The notes beneath the pieces were generated by a model. That model searched no databases, was not told the DNA's origin, and saw nothing but the letters and a program-made list of their open reading frames with translations. From Methanotrichaceae archaeon (GTDB lineage Archaea; Halobacteriota; Methanosarcinia; Methanotrichales; Methanotrichaceae): a stretch of 64,000 bases of DNA. Location of the stretch: positions 64,001 to 128,000 of the forward strand of contig CAWDLW010000012.1 in the NCBI GenBank assembly GCA_963803145.1. Direction: 5' to 3'. Within the stretch, counting starts at the first letter, position 1, and every line of letters starts with the position of its first letter. Both the position numbers and the translations under genes were made by a program. Shown in pieces: positions 11,066 to 20,961 of the stretch.

Positions 11066-11380
11066 ATGTGCGATGAATCAAAAGAGAAGATGTATCTTAA
11101 AACATATAAAAATGGCAGAGAGATTCTCATCGCCGTCTGTGATTGCGATATCTTAGGGAAAAGGTTTGAAGAGGGACCATTGCATATCGATGTCTGCGTT
11201 GATTTCTTCGGAAACGAGAAGGCCACACCCGAAGAGGTTGAGAGATCACTATCAAATGCCACTATAGCCAACTTTGTCGGTCAGCGAGCTGTAGATTTTG
11301 CTGTCAAGCTCGGCTATGTTGACAGGGAGAATGTTCTTGTGATCGATGGCATCCCATGTGCCCAGATGGTGTTGATGTAA
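11066..11380 (+). CDS. DUF424 family protein
   Basis: LIAVCDCDILGKRF, ATIANFVG motifs; usual archaeal neighbour of mcm/nmd3. Confidence 0.85.
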   Translation: MCDESKEKMYLKTYKNGREILIAVCDCDILGKRFEEGPLHIDVCVDFFGNEKATPEEVERSLSNATIANFVGQRAVDFAVKLGYVDRENVLVIDGIPCAQMVLM

Positions 11381-12421
11381 GTGACATTTGAATGTCCTAA
11401 GTGCGGTATGCCATCGGAGACGGAAGGGCTTTGCAGGACATGCACAATCCAATCTGCAAAACTGCTCAGCTGTCCGGATCTAGTGGAGGTTACTATATGC
11501 TCAATCTGCGGCTCGAGGCTTGAGCGAGGGAAATGGAAGATCACCGATAGCGATACTGAACAGCAAGCATCAGAAGTTGTATGTAATTCATTATGCATCC
11601 ATAAGGAGATCGTTGATCCAAGGATCGATATCAAGCTTGGCAATCGAGGTTCCACGAGATATCTCGCAAAGGTCATGCTTAATGGCATGTTTCTCGGCGA
11701 GCAAGTGGAAGAGAGCTGCGAGATACCTGTTCGAATAAAACGCATTGCCTGCGAGCGCTGTAGCCGGATTGCAGGCAAATATTTTGAAGCCACAGTCCAG
11801 GTACGCGGCACCAGCTCAAGGTTGCTCTCTAAGAAGGAGGCCGAGGAATGCAAGAGCATTGCAAGCTCCCTTGCAGATTCAGGCTACAAGAATGGAGACC
11901 AACTCTCTTTCATCCAGGATATCAAAGAGGTCAAAGGTGGAATAGACATAATCCTTGGCTCGACCCAGCTTGGAAGGCATATTGCCAGGGCGATCACAGA
12001 TCGCTTTGGCGGCCGCATCCAGGAGTCATGCAAGCTCACTGGGAAAAAGGACGGCAATGATATCTACAGGACTACGGTCCTCGTGAGATTCCCGAGGCTA
12101 AAGAGAGGCGATATAATATCCTTCCAGGGAACTCTCTTCGAGGTTACCGGCTTTGATGGGAAGAGAACTTTGGCAAAATCTCTGGAAAATCTCCGCAGAT
12201 CAAGCCTGACCGAAGAGAATATCGAGGGGGTCGAGGCTTTGGGAAATAAAGCCGATGCCATAAAAGCTGTAGTAGTTACAAAAGATAAGGATGTTCTGGA
12301 GATTATGGACCCTGAGAACTATAAGATTGCCCTCGCGCCAAGGCCTAGGGACTTTGATGTGGAGCCTGGGGAGGAGGTCAAGGTAATTCGGACCCCGAAT
12401 GGATTCGTAGTAGTAGGATAA
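11381..12421 (+). CDS. nmd3: NMD3-family ribosome biogenesis protein
   Basis: CPKCG/CRTC/CSICG/CERC zinc knuckles and YFEATVQVR. Confidence 0.88.
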   Translation: MTFECPKCGMPSETEGLCRTCTIQSAKLLSCPDLVEVTICSICGSRLERGKWKITDSDTEQQASEVVCNSLCIHKEIVDPRIDIKLGNRGSTRYLAKVMLNGMFLGEQVEESCEIPVRIKRIACERCSRIAGKYFEATVQVRGTSSRLLSKKEAEECKSIASSLADSGYKNGDQLSFIQDIKEVKGGIDIILGSTQLGRHIARAITDRFGGRIQESCKLTGKKDGNDIYRTTVLVRFPRLKRGDIISFQGTLFEVTGFDGKRTLAKSLENLRRSSLTEENIEGVEALGNKADAIKAVVVTKDKDVLEIMDPENYKIALAPRPRDFDVEPGEEVKVIRTPNGFVVVG

Positions 12422-12838
12422 ATTTTATATATCTTAAACTATCCGCTGGGCAAAGGGCGCTACCACAAAGTTCTTAAACTAGTTTCATGCAATTTCTATT
12501 GGTAGAAGCACGCATTTGAGCAACAGATCACATGATGATTAAGCCCAAAGGGGGAACCGAGGGCGATGAGATGCCAGCATGGAAAGTAAAAGCTTGGATT
12601 AGAATGCTCATCTGTGGGCAGTTCTATCATAATATCCATCAAGCTGATAGCTGGACACTAAAATAGTTAGATGAACGCATATTCACGATCATTAGCAGCT
12701 CACTGAAATACCTGCGAGTTCAGCAGGAATGCCATGTGTCGCGTATTGGTGGCCGTGTAGCCCTGTCTCAGTTAGCTATGCCAATCAAGTAATTGGTGCG
12801 ACTTTTATCTAACTATTTTAAAATTAGAGGTGTCTTAT

Positions 12839-14173
12839 ATGCAAAATGTTGATACAACTAAATACGTAATTTATGCAGATATAACTGCCGAGGGGATAGT
12901 GGAACGGCCGGATGTGGTTGGCGCTATCTTCGGCCAGACAGAAGGCCTTTTGGGAAGTGACCTTGATCTTAGAGATCTTCAAAAGACGGGAAGGCTCGGT
13001 CGAATAGACGTTCAGATCACATCTAGTGGCGGCAAATCCAGTGGAACTATCTCGATACCATCAAGCTTCGATAAGGTTGAGACTGCAATTCTGGCGGCTG
13101 CTCTTGAGACGATAGATCGTGTAGGACCGTGCATAGCCCACATCGGAGTTAGCAAGATTGAAGATGTCAGGGCCTCGAAAAGAAAGTATGTAATAGAAAG
13201 AGCCAAAAGAATTCTTGTCGAGATGTTCGATGAGAACATCCTTGAGACAGAGGAGATAACCGAGGAGATAAAGCAGTCGGTTAGAGTGGAGGAGATCACC
13301 CACCTCGGTAAGGATAACCTTCCCGCGGGTCCAAATGTCCTGGATTCGGATGCGATCCTCATAGTTGAGGGCAGAGCAGATGTTTTGAATCTGCTAAAAT
13401 ACGGAATAAAGAACGCTGTAGCCGTCGGTGGAACAAATATACCGCCAACAATTGGCGATCTTTGTGCGAAAAAAGTGGTTACAGCCTTCACAGACGGTGA
13501 CAGAGGAGGAGAGCTGATAATCAAGGAGCTTCTCCAGATGGCGGATATTGATTATGTAGCCCGTGCTCCCGAAGGCAAGAGTGTCGAGGACATGACACAG
13601 AAGGAGATTGTACGGGCGCTGCGGCAGAAGATACCTGTAGAGCAGGTTTTAGACCAGTACAAGATCAAAAGCCAGCCAAAAAAAAGGCATGAAATCACAA
13701 CAAAAAGGAAAAGCCTGATCAGAGAGAAGCCCCTACTAGTTCGCAGTGTTGCAGAGAGGGCCGAGGCAATAGCGCCCAGAAAGGTAGTTCCCCATGAAAT
13801 CGTTCGCCATGAGACCGTTCAGCGAGAGCCTGAACATGTAGAAGAGATAACAATAGAGGCTCCTGTGGAGGTAACTAAGCCTGAGCCTCCAAAGGAATGG
13901 TTCAGGCAGCACGTCGATGAGCTCGATGGCACCCTTTCCGCAAGATTACTCGACAAAAATCATAACATCCTCAGGGAGGTTGCAGTCCGCGATCTGGCAA
14001 GGGAGCTTAAGGAGCCAAACGGGGATGTGAATGGTGTGATCTTCGACGGCGTCGTAACACAGCGTATCCTAGACATAGCCGCAGAGAAGGGTCTCGAATA
14101 CCTGATCGGGGCAAAGATGGGAAATATTGCAAAAAGCCCAGTTTGCGTCAAGGTGATAACAAAAGAGGCATAG
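12839..14173 (+). CDS. dnaG: Archaeal DnaG-type primase / exosome-associated protein
   Basis: [29 protein letters not shown] and FTDGDRGG. Confidence 0.95.
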   Translation: MQNVDTTKYVIYADITAEGIVERPDVVGAIFGQTEGLLGSDLDLRDLQKTGRLGRIDVQITSSGGKSSGTISIPSSFDKVETAILAAALETIDRVGPCIAHIGVSKIEDVRASKRKYVIERAKRILVEMFDENILETEEITEEIKQSVRVEEITHLGKDNLPAGPNVLDSDAILIVEGRADVLNLLKYGIKNAVAVGGTNIPPTIGDLCAKKVVTAFTDGDRGGELIIKELLQMADIDYVARAPEGKSVEDMTQKEIVRALRQKIPVEQVLDQYKIKSQPKKRHEITTKRKSLIREKPLLVRSVAERAEAIAPRKVVPHEIVRHETVQREPEHVEEITIEAPVEVTKPEPPKEWFRQHVDELDGTLSARLLDKNHNILREVAVRDLARELKEPNGDVNGVIFDGVVTQRILDIAAEKGLEYLIGAKMGNIAKSPVCVKVITKEA

Positions 14174-14270
14174 GCCTCTTTTCATATCCTTTTATACAAT
14201 AGCTTTTTAGCTCTGGTATTACCTTCTTGTATATTCTATTTATATTGCTGATTAAGTGAGGTCACTTCTG

Positions 14271-14624
14271 ATGGAGTTTAAGCAATGCATTGTTATAAGG
14301 GACGACCTGAAGCTATCGCCTGGAAAGCTGGCGGTACAGGTAGCCCATGCTGCTGTCCTGGCTCTTGAGAATGCTTCTAAATCCGACAAGTCCGCGGTAT
14401 CTGCCTGGAAGGCTGAAGGCCAGAAGAAGGTGGTCCTCAGGGTCGCGAGTGTCCAGGATCTTTTCAAGCTCAAGATGGATGCTGAAAGATCGGGCATGCC
14501 AAGTGCCATTGTTATAGATGCAGGCCTGACTGAGATCCCTCCAGGAACTGTAACCGCTCTTGGAATTGGACCTGCCCCTAATAAGCAAATGGATAAGGTC
14601 ACAGGAAAGCTGCGCCTTCTGTGA
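14271..14624 (+). CDS. pth2: Peptidyl-tRNA hydrolase Pth2
   Basis: [37 protein letters not shown]. Confidence 0.95.
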   Translation: MEFKQCIVIRDDLKLSPGKLAVQVAHAAVLALENASKSDKSAVSAWKAEGQKKVVLRVASVQDLFKLKMDAERSGMPSAIVIDAGLTEIPPGTVTALGIGPAPNKQMDKVTGKLRLL

Positions 14625-14630
14625 GGATAA

Positions 14631-15917
14631 TTGTTACCAGCATCTGAGCAAGACCGCGCACTGGGGATGGAATACTATGTTACGGATACTCCTGGGTGCG
14701 AGGGCATTCTTAGGAGTGATCCCACTGACTTTCAGGTAAAGGAAGTGTATGGGGATCTGAGATATGAGGGCGGACGGTACCTCGTACTTGAGGTCGAGAA
14801 GAAAGATTGGGATACACATCATCTGATACGCGAGCTTTCCAGGCAGCTAAGAATCAGTCAGAAGAGATTTGGGTGGGCAGGGACAAAGGATAAGCGTGCT
14901 GTGACCAGCCAGCGCATAAGCATAATGAATCTGGATGAATCTGAGCTGAAGAGGATAACGCTTCCTGATATCAATATCAAAGTTCTGGGCAAGACAAATA
15001 GGGCTGTAGGTCTCGGAGATCTCTTGGGAAATAAATTCAAAATCCGCATCCGAAGGCTTGCCTGTGCTGACGCAAAAGACCGTATGGGAAAAATAACAGA
15101 TGAGATCAAGACGGAGGGGGTCCCCAATTACTTCGGCGTTCAAAGGTTTGGGGATGTAAGGCCAGTGACTCACAAGGTGGGTGAGGCTTTGGCAAGAGGC
15201 GATATTGAAAGGGCAGTCTTTACCTACATCGCTTTTCCGTTTTCTGGAGAGCCGGAGAAGACGCGCCAAGCTAGACAGCAGCTCTGGGAAAGCAGAGATA
15301 TCCGTAGCGCACTCAAGACATTCCCTGATTACCTCAGGTATGAAGTCGCAATGCTCAACTACCTTGTCGAGCATCCCGGAGATTATGCAGGCTCGTTCGA
15401 TGTTTTGGCACCCAACTTGAGGCTGCTATTCATACATGCTTATCAATCATATCTATTCAATCGCATACTTAGCCGCAGGCTGGACTTGGGCCTGCCTTTA
15501 GAAAGGGCAATAGAAGGGGATATCGTCTGTTTTGCCAAAGGAGATATGCCTGATCCGAACAGGATTCAGGCTGCCACTGGAGATAATATTGATGCCATAA
15601 ATAGGCTGACTGGGCGTGGAAGAGCCTACGTAACGCTTCCGCTCGTGGGCTATGAGTCAACCTTGGCAGAAGGATTAGAAGGCAATATCGAGAAGGCTGT
15701 GCTGAAGGAAGAGAACGCGGACCCGGAAGGATTCCGAGTTCCCGCGAATACGGATTTGGGATCAAAAGGCACAAGGCGTGCTGCGTTACTGCGTGTCTTG
15801 CCGGCTATCGAAGTAGAAGGCGAATGTGCAGAAGTAGAATTCTTTCTGCCTGCTGGAAGCTATGCAACAGTTGTCTTACGGGAGTACATGAAGAGCGGTA
15901 GCCTTAAAACAGAATAG
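14631..15917 (+). CDS. truD: tRNA pseudouridine(13) synthase TruD
   Basis: AGTKDKRAVTSQ, PNYFGVQRFG, LPAGSYATVVLRE. Confidence 0.95.
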   Translation: MLPASEQDRALGMEYYVTDTPGCEGILRSDPTDFQVKEVYGDLRYEGGRYLVLEVEKKDWDTHHLIRELSRQLRISQKRFGWAGTKDKRAVTSQRISIMNLDESELKRITLPDINIKVLGKTNRAVGLGDLLGNKFKIRIRRLACADAKDRMGKITDEIKTEGVPNYFGVQRFGDVRPVTHKVGEALARGDIERAVFTYIAFPFSGEPEKTRQARQQLWESRDIRSALKTFPDYLRYEVAMLNYLVEHPGDYAGSFDVLAPNLRLLFIHAYQSYLFNRILSRRLDLGLPLERAIEGDIVCFAKGDMPDPNRIQAATGDNIDAINRLTGRGRAYVTLPLVGYESTLAEGLEGNIEKAVLKEENADPEGFRVPANTDLGSKGTRRAALLRVLPAIEVEGECAEVEFFLPAGSYATVVLREYMKSGSLKTE

Positions 15918-15933
15918 CCTTGAGATTACTGCC

Positions 15934-16842
15934 GTGTGCAATTTAGACTTAGAGTTGGAAGATCCATATGTTGTTGTCTACAGGCAGATCCATGCTATTG
16001 CAAACGAAGGCAGAGATCTAGTTGAGATCCTGGAGCATTCCAACTGCTATGGCGGATCAGCCTGGGCCAGGTATCACTACTCAAAAGGCCCTCTGATAAT
16101 CAGTTCTAGAGCTCTAGGCGATTGGTTCCGTTATATTGTACGTCCCGGCACAATTGATCTTGATCTCATCTCCTCTAAAAAGTCCGCTGGAATAGAGTCT
16201 GTTCTGATCGATCAGAATGAGATACAGATAACCTACTCCGGCCTTGGAGGAGGGGGCGTTGGTGCAACTCTCTCCAGGGCAAAGGCAGGAGATATCTTGC
16301 GTTATGATATCACAGAGTGCGGCGGAGGCAGGATCGCTACTGGTACAATCGTAGTGCCTAGACGCGAGAGACTTATAATCGGCGTCGATAATACCGATTC
16401 CAAAACAGTTGGAGCAACGTGGTCTCTCATACACAACATCGCATCCAAGGTAGACCGCCAAGAAGCCAGATATCTTTCCCATGCTCTGATTCAGCTGTTT
16501 CCCGTTCCGACAAAGACGCAAAATTGCGTTTCTACAGCTGTTGAATTTGCATGCTTGCCTGGCAAAGCTGAGGGCATGATTGACGACTTCAAGATGCTGC
16601 TTGAAAAGTATTCGGTCTCCGATGAGACTGGAATGGCAATCTTTAGAGGCTTTGATCCATCTGCGCTTCTTGCTTATGGCCTGCGGTGTAAGAATGAGCG
16701 CTTGAATTATGACGACGCTTTGGTGGAAGCGCATGATGCTGGCGTCGAGATAGTTCTCGATGGTCAGGGGCTGATTGGAGCCGTGGCCGCACTGCCATTT
16801 TATGCAAGGCCTGATGAATCAATAATTCCAGGGATGGGATGA
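15934..16842 (+). CDS. Methanogenesis marker protein 11 (DUF1743/TiaS-N-like)
   Basis: CYGGSAW, YSGLGGGGVGA, IGVDNTDS, KTQNCVST, GLIGAVAAL. Confidence 0.8.
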   Translation: MCNLDLELEDPYVVVYRQIHAIANEGRDLVEILEHSNCYGGSAWARYHYSKGPLIISSRALGDWFRYIVRPGTIDLDLISSKKSAGIESVLIDQNEIQITYSGLGGGGVGATLSRAKAGDILRYDITECGGGRIATGTIVVPRRERLIIGVDNTDSKTVGATWSLIHNIASKVDRQEARYLSHALIQLFPVPTKTQNCVSTAVEFACLPGKAEGMIDDFKMLLEKYSVSDETGMAIFRGFDPSALLAYGLRCKNERLNYDDALVEAHDAGVEIVLDGQGLIGAVAALPFYARPDESIIPGMG

Positions 16843-18326
16843 ACGGCGTAGATTCAGATAGGAAGAAAAGCATAGATTCTGATAAGATGAAGGGCATTGA
16901 CTCCATCAAGCTTGCAGTCAGCAATGCGGGCGTAGAGACCCTTACCCACGTCCCCGGATATCCAATAACCGAGCTGGCAGAGGCATTAGGCGCAGAGATT
17001 TCAGTAAACGAGAAGGTAGCTTTAGAGATTTGTCTCGGCGCCTCAGCTACAGGCATGCGTTCCATGGCTGTAGTTAAGCAAGTCGGCATGAACGTTTTGG
17101 CAGATCCTTTAGTTATTTCGGCTACTCATACCATCGGCGCCGGGATAGTAGTATTAGTTGGAGATGACCTCGGGCCGAAAGGATCACAGGTCGAGATGGA
17201 CAGCAGGTATTTTGGCCCACTGGCAGAGCTGCCAGTGCTCGATCCATGGGATGCCGGAACCCTTTACTGCTCGATACTTGAAGCATATGCACTCTCTGAG
17301 CGGCTCAGGGTTCCAATCATAATCCGCGTTACTCGGAGAGTTTTAACAACCGATACTCATGTTCAAGCTTCAGCATTGAGAGCATCCGGCCAGATATTTG
17401 ATAGGAGCATTTGGGATATCACCGCCAGAGGAAGGCATCAGAAGCACCACGGCGAGATTTTGCATCTTGCAGATGCTGCATCTGAATCGAGCCCTCTTAA
17501 CTGCGTGCGGATTTCAAACGATAAGGGAATCATTGCCAGCGGTTATCCCGCAACGCTCTCGGCGGATCTTGATATATCCCTTTTGGCAGTCGGCTATGCA
17601 TATCCCCTGCCATGGAAGCTTATCAGGGATTTCATCGATGCCCATCGCCTTGTTCTTGTGGCTGAAGAGCCGGAGCCGTTCATTGAATCGCAGCTCAGGA
17701 TGAGTCCTAAGGTTCGAGGAAGGCTTACACATCATTTGCCATTCGGCCCCTTGGAAAGAAGTGATATTCAAAAGGCGCTTGAAACTGCTGGCCAGGAGAT
17801 CACTCCCAGTTCATGCGATTACGAAAGCGCAATCAAACGGGGCTATACAGGAATTTGCAATGATTGCCCATTTGCTTTTCTGTTCAAAGCCCTGGGAAGA
17901 TTAGGCGTTCCAGTGGCTGGCGATGCAGGCTGCGCTATCAGAGCCACACGTGAGCCGTATAAATCTGTGGATGTCGTCTACGGACTAGGATCTTCAGTTG
18001 GTGTGGCATCAGGCTTTAAGAAAAAGGGCGTGGCGGTCATCGGTGATTTTGCCTTTGCCCACACTGGAATTCAGGGGCTTGTAAATGCAGTATGGCGCAG
18101 GCGTGAATTGCTCATGGTGCTTCTTAAAAATGATATCGCTGCAACAACAGGCGGCCAAGAGGCACCAGATATGATGAAACTGCTGGAAGCAATTGTGCCG
18201 ACGATCAGGCTTGAGCTTCCATGCCCTGATGATAAGATCGAAAGGATTCTCAAGGAAGAACTAGAAAGATCGGGAACCTCCGCGGTGGTTGCCTCAGGTG
18301 CTTGTCCAAAGCAAAGACAGAATTAA
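16839..18326 (+). CDS. TPP-dependent indolepyruvate:ferredoxin oxidoreductase alpha-subunit-like protein (no ferredoxin tail)
   Basis: PGYPITE, NEKVALE, KQVGMNV, CNDCP, GDAGC, IGDFAFAHTG, ATTGGQ. Confidence 0.8.
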   Translation: MNGVDSDRKKSIDSDKMKGIDSIKLAVSNAGVETLTHVPGYPITELAEALGAEISVNEKVALEICLGASATGMRSMAVVKQVGMNVLADPLVISATHTIGAGIVVLVGDDLGPKGSQVEMDSRYFGPLAELPVLDPWDAGTLYCSILEAYALSERLRVPIIIRVTRRVLTTDTHVQASALRASGQIFDRSIWDITARGRHQKHHGEILHLADAASESSPLNCVRISNDKGIIASGYPATLSADLDISLLAVGYAYPLPWKLIRDFIDAHRLVLVAEEPEPFIESQLRMSPKVRGRLTHHLPFGPLERSDIQKALETAGQEITPSSCDYESAIKRGYTGICNDCPFAFLFKALGRLGVPVAGDAGCAIRATREPYKSVDVVYGLGSSVGVASGFKKKGVAVIGDFAFAHTGIQGLVNAVWRRRELLMVLLKNDIAATTGGQEAPDMMKLLEAIVPTIRLELPCPDDKIERILKEELERSGTSAVVASGACPKQRQN

Positions 18327-18693
18327 GCAATATAAAAATAAGACGTTGTTACAAATTAAGTCGCGACGCTTCACCAAGGACAATAAACGATTTTAATATT
18401 TTCTATATCTGATTGCCAAACCTAATTATTAGACCTAATTGTACATTAGTGCGAGTTTATATTAAGTATCATCCATTATGGATTTCAATTACTAGGGTAA
18501 AAGGTACGACCCGTGATGAGATCCGAGGTAGAGCTGTTCGTTTTGCGAATAGATGTAAATCGAGTTTATACACCCAAGGCGACGCCAGATTATATGAATT
18601 CCAGGCGAATAACGAGAGTTCGAAAAGGCCTTTTTAATCAGGATTTAACTTTAAAGCTATTCGTCTGAAATATTGGTGATAGTATTAATGACA

Positions 18694-20829
18694 TTAATGA
18701 TTCTGGCATCCCGTCATGCATGAGCTTGGCGGTGACGTAAAATAGCCAGCATCATTGAATGCATACTCGCCCGTCATATTACAGTACGCCACCCACCAGT
18801 CGAAGACCTTTATCTTTACCGGCATCCCCAAAAAGCAGCCTGTAAACCAGAAATAGCCAGGTACCCCACCAAGGTTTATTCCCTCTCCATTCCCTGTCGT
18901 ATCGACGAAATGGTATTTGGTATCGCCTGGAAGAAGGACAAGACCATACCCGTGTCCAGGATGCTCCCCCAACAGAGGCAGCTGGTAGCTGCCGGTCGCT
19001 GCTGTGAGTGCCTCAGTTTTTGAATATCCCGCTTTCCTAAGAAGCGTGGTCACTGCAGCTGAGTAATCCTCGCAAACGCCCGTATGAAGCACATTTACTG
19101 TCGCATGAGTCGGAAGGAGACCGATTGAACCACTGTTTGCACTCATGTTCTTATCCGACTTCCAGGCATCAAGCCCAGTTAAATTGGGATTACAGGATAG
19201 ATTTTTCACATTTCCGTTGAGGCCATCCTCGAAGGCACATGTGCCTGTAAGGGTTAGGCCGCAGGTCCTTGTACACTCGGGATAGCCTGAACAGCAGGAT
19301 TTGAAGAGTGCATAGCCGCTCATGTATTTGGCCTCCGGTCCAAACGCCTTTATGATGTAAAGGCCACGACATTTCTTTTTATCGCCTCCAGAATTGGCGC
19401 AGGCATATGAGCAGGCCTGGCCTGGGATGGGTGAGCCGTCGCAGCAATTCACTGCATCTTCAACGATGTAGTCAAGCTCAGGGTGGCATACCTCGAAGCT
19501 CGCACAGTTGCCTGTTGCATTAGGCCAGATATCTGTACATGGCGTATCTATCGGGTAATACTTAGGCCGCGGGTTGACGTTTCCACAGACAGATGGTTCT
19601 GCAATCCCAATTTCTATGCTAGTTTTTGCGATCGTTGAATTGCTGTCCGTAATAGTAAGAGTAATATTATGCATCCCAAGCGATAGATCGTTCTTTTCAA
19701 ATCTCTCTGTATTTCCGATGATACCATCGATACTCGACTCCCAAATGTATTTGAATGGAGGCTTACCATTTAGTGCCGAGCCGGTGAAGTTTATTCTCTC
19801 TCCGTGTGGGAAAGCCTGAACATCTCCTGGAGAGATTATCGATGCCTCAAGTTTGTTGACGGGAGGTGAATTTCGATAACTTCGGATGTTTTCAGAGCGA
19901 TTCGTTATTCCTGCCTCGCAATCGCAACTGCTTGATGATACGGAGCCGTTTGAGCCTTGTCCAAAGAAAGGCACACCTGCACTCCGATTAAGTTCCATGG
20001 CCCTGTCATAGCTGTCCTGTGCCTCTGCTGCCTTGCCCAAGGCCATGAGCGCACGACCATTTCCCTTCCAGGCTGCAGCGTTGGATTGGTTAATCTCAAT
20101 AAGCCTATCGTAGATCTCGGATGCCGCATTGTACATGCCCAGGTCCTCCTCAAGTTTCGCCTCTGAGAAGTAGATTGCCGATGCGGCACGCTCATCAGGA
20201 TAACTGATAAGCAAAAAGATCAGCACTGCTAGAGCTATCAGGCCCAGGACAGCTATGACAGGGCCATTTCGTCCAGCATGATTATTCTCACCTCTCAGAA
20301 GAGGCAGTTTATTCCAGCAGCCTGGAAACCTATTAAGTACCATAGCGAAGACAAAAAGCACTCCCTGGATTGCCCAGGTCTTCCAGCCACTGATCAGAAA
20401 AACCATCGCTTCTTGGCCAACGAAAAATCCGAAGATACCAACAAAAAGCAGCAGAATCTCTCCTCTTTGGGAGTATGCGGCAAAACACAGTACTATTATG
20501 AGTATTAAGATGATGACACTGGCAGTCCATTCCCTGAAAAAGATAAGGAGGGCCATTCCAGCAAGGCTTACGATGCTGCTGATGATTGTCAGCATCCTCA
20601 CAGTTCTCCCGGCTTTAGCTTGCAGAGCGACTCCTGTGAATCCAATCAGACCCATCAGAATATACAGCAGACCGCCCGCTGCCGGGGACGGGGCAATAAC
20701 TCCATGCCTGCCAAGCGAGGCAAAGGAGAACAGGAATATAATGGATCCTATGAGAACAGCGAATATGCCGCCCAAAATTCCGGGCAGCGCCAGTAGATCT
20801 TTTCGAGCGGTCATTTGTACCAGATTCAA
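18694..20829 (-). CDS. Multi-pass membrane protein with TPR, PKD-like and Cys-rich transglutaminase-like domains
   Basis: About 7 hydrophobic segments; TPR AWKGNGRALMALGK; PKD-like LSLGMHNITLTITDS; catalytic-type GVCEDY...GHGY...FVDTT. Confidence 0.65.
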   Translation of the reverse strand: MNLVQMTARKDLLALPGILGGIFAVLIGSIIFLFSFASLGRHGVIAPSPAAGGLLYILMGLIGFTGVALQAKAGRTVRMLTIISSIVSLAGMALLIFFREWTASVIILILIIVLCFAAYSQRGEILLLFVGIFGFFVGQEAMVFLISGWKTWAIQGVLFVFAMVLNRFPGCWNKLPLLRGENNHAGRNGPVIAVLGLIALAVLIFLLISYPDERAASAIYFSEAKLEEDLGMYNAASEIYDRLIEINQSNAAAWKGNGRALMALGKAAEAQDSYDRAMELNRSAGVPFFGQGSNGSVSSSSCDCEAGITNRSENIRSYRNSPPVNKLEASIISPGDVQAFPHGERINFTGSALNGKPPFKYIWESSIDGIIGNTERFEKNDLSLGMHNITLTITDSNSTIAKTSIEIGIAEPSVCGNVNPRPKYYPIDTPCTDIWPNATGNCASFEVCHPELDYIVEDAVNCCDGSPIPGQACSYACANSGGDKKKCRGLYIIKAFGPEAKYMSGYALFKSCCSGYPECTRTCGLTLTGTCAFEDGLNGNVKNLSCNPNLTGLDAWKSDKNMSANSGSIGLLPTHATVNVLHTGVCEDYSAAVTTLLRKAGYSKTEALTAATGSYQLPLLGEHPGHGYGLVLLPGDTKYHFVDTTGNGEGINLGGVPGYFWFTGCFLGMPVKIKVFDWWVAYCNMTGEYAFNDAGYFTSPPSSCMTGCQNH

Positions 20830-20961
20830 TATCAGGATGCAAATCTAGCGGATAAGGATTTTGGGCTGATGTAATTCCGGGGATTATGGTTGTCAATATT
20901 GAGATTACTCCAAAGTGCATATTGAAATTTTCATTTCAATCAAATCGTAAATGATAAAAGT

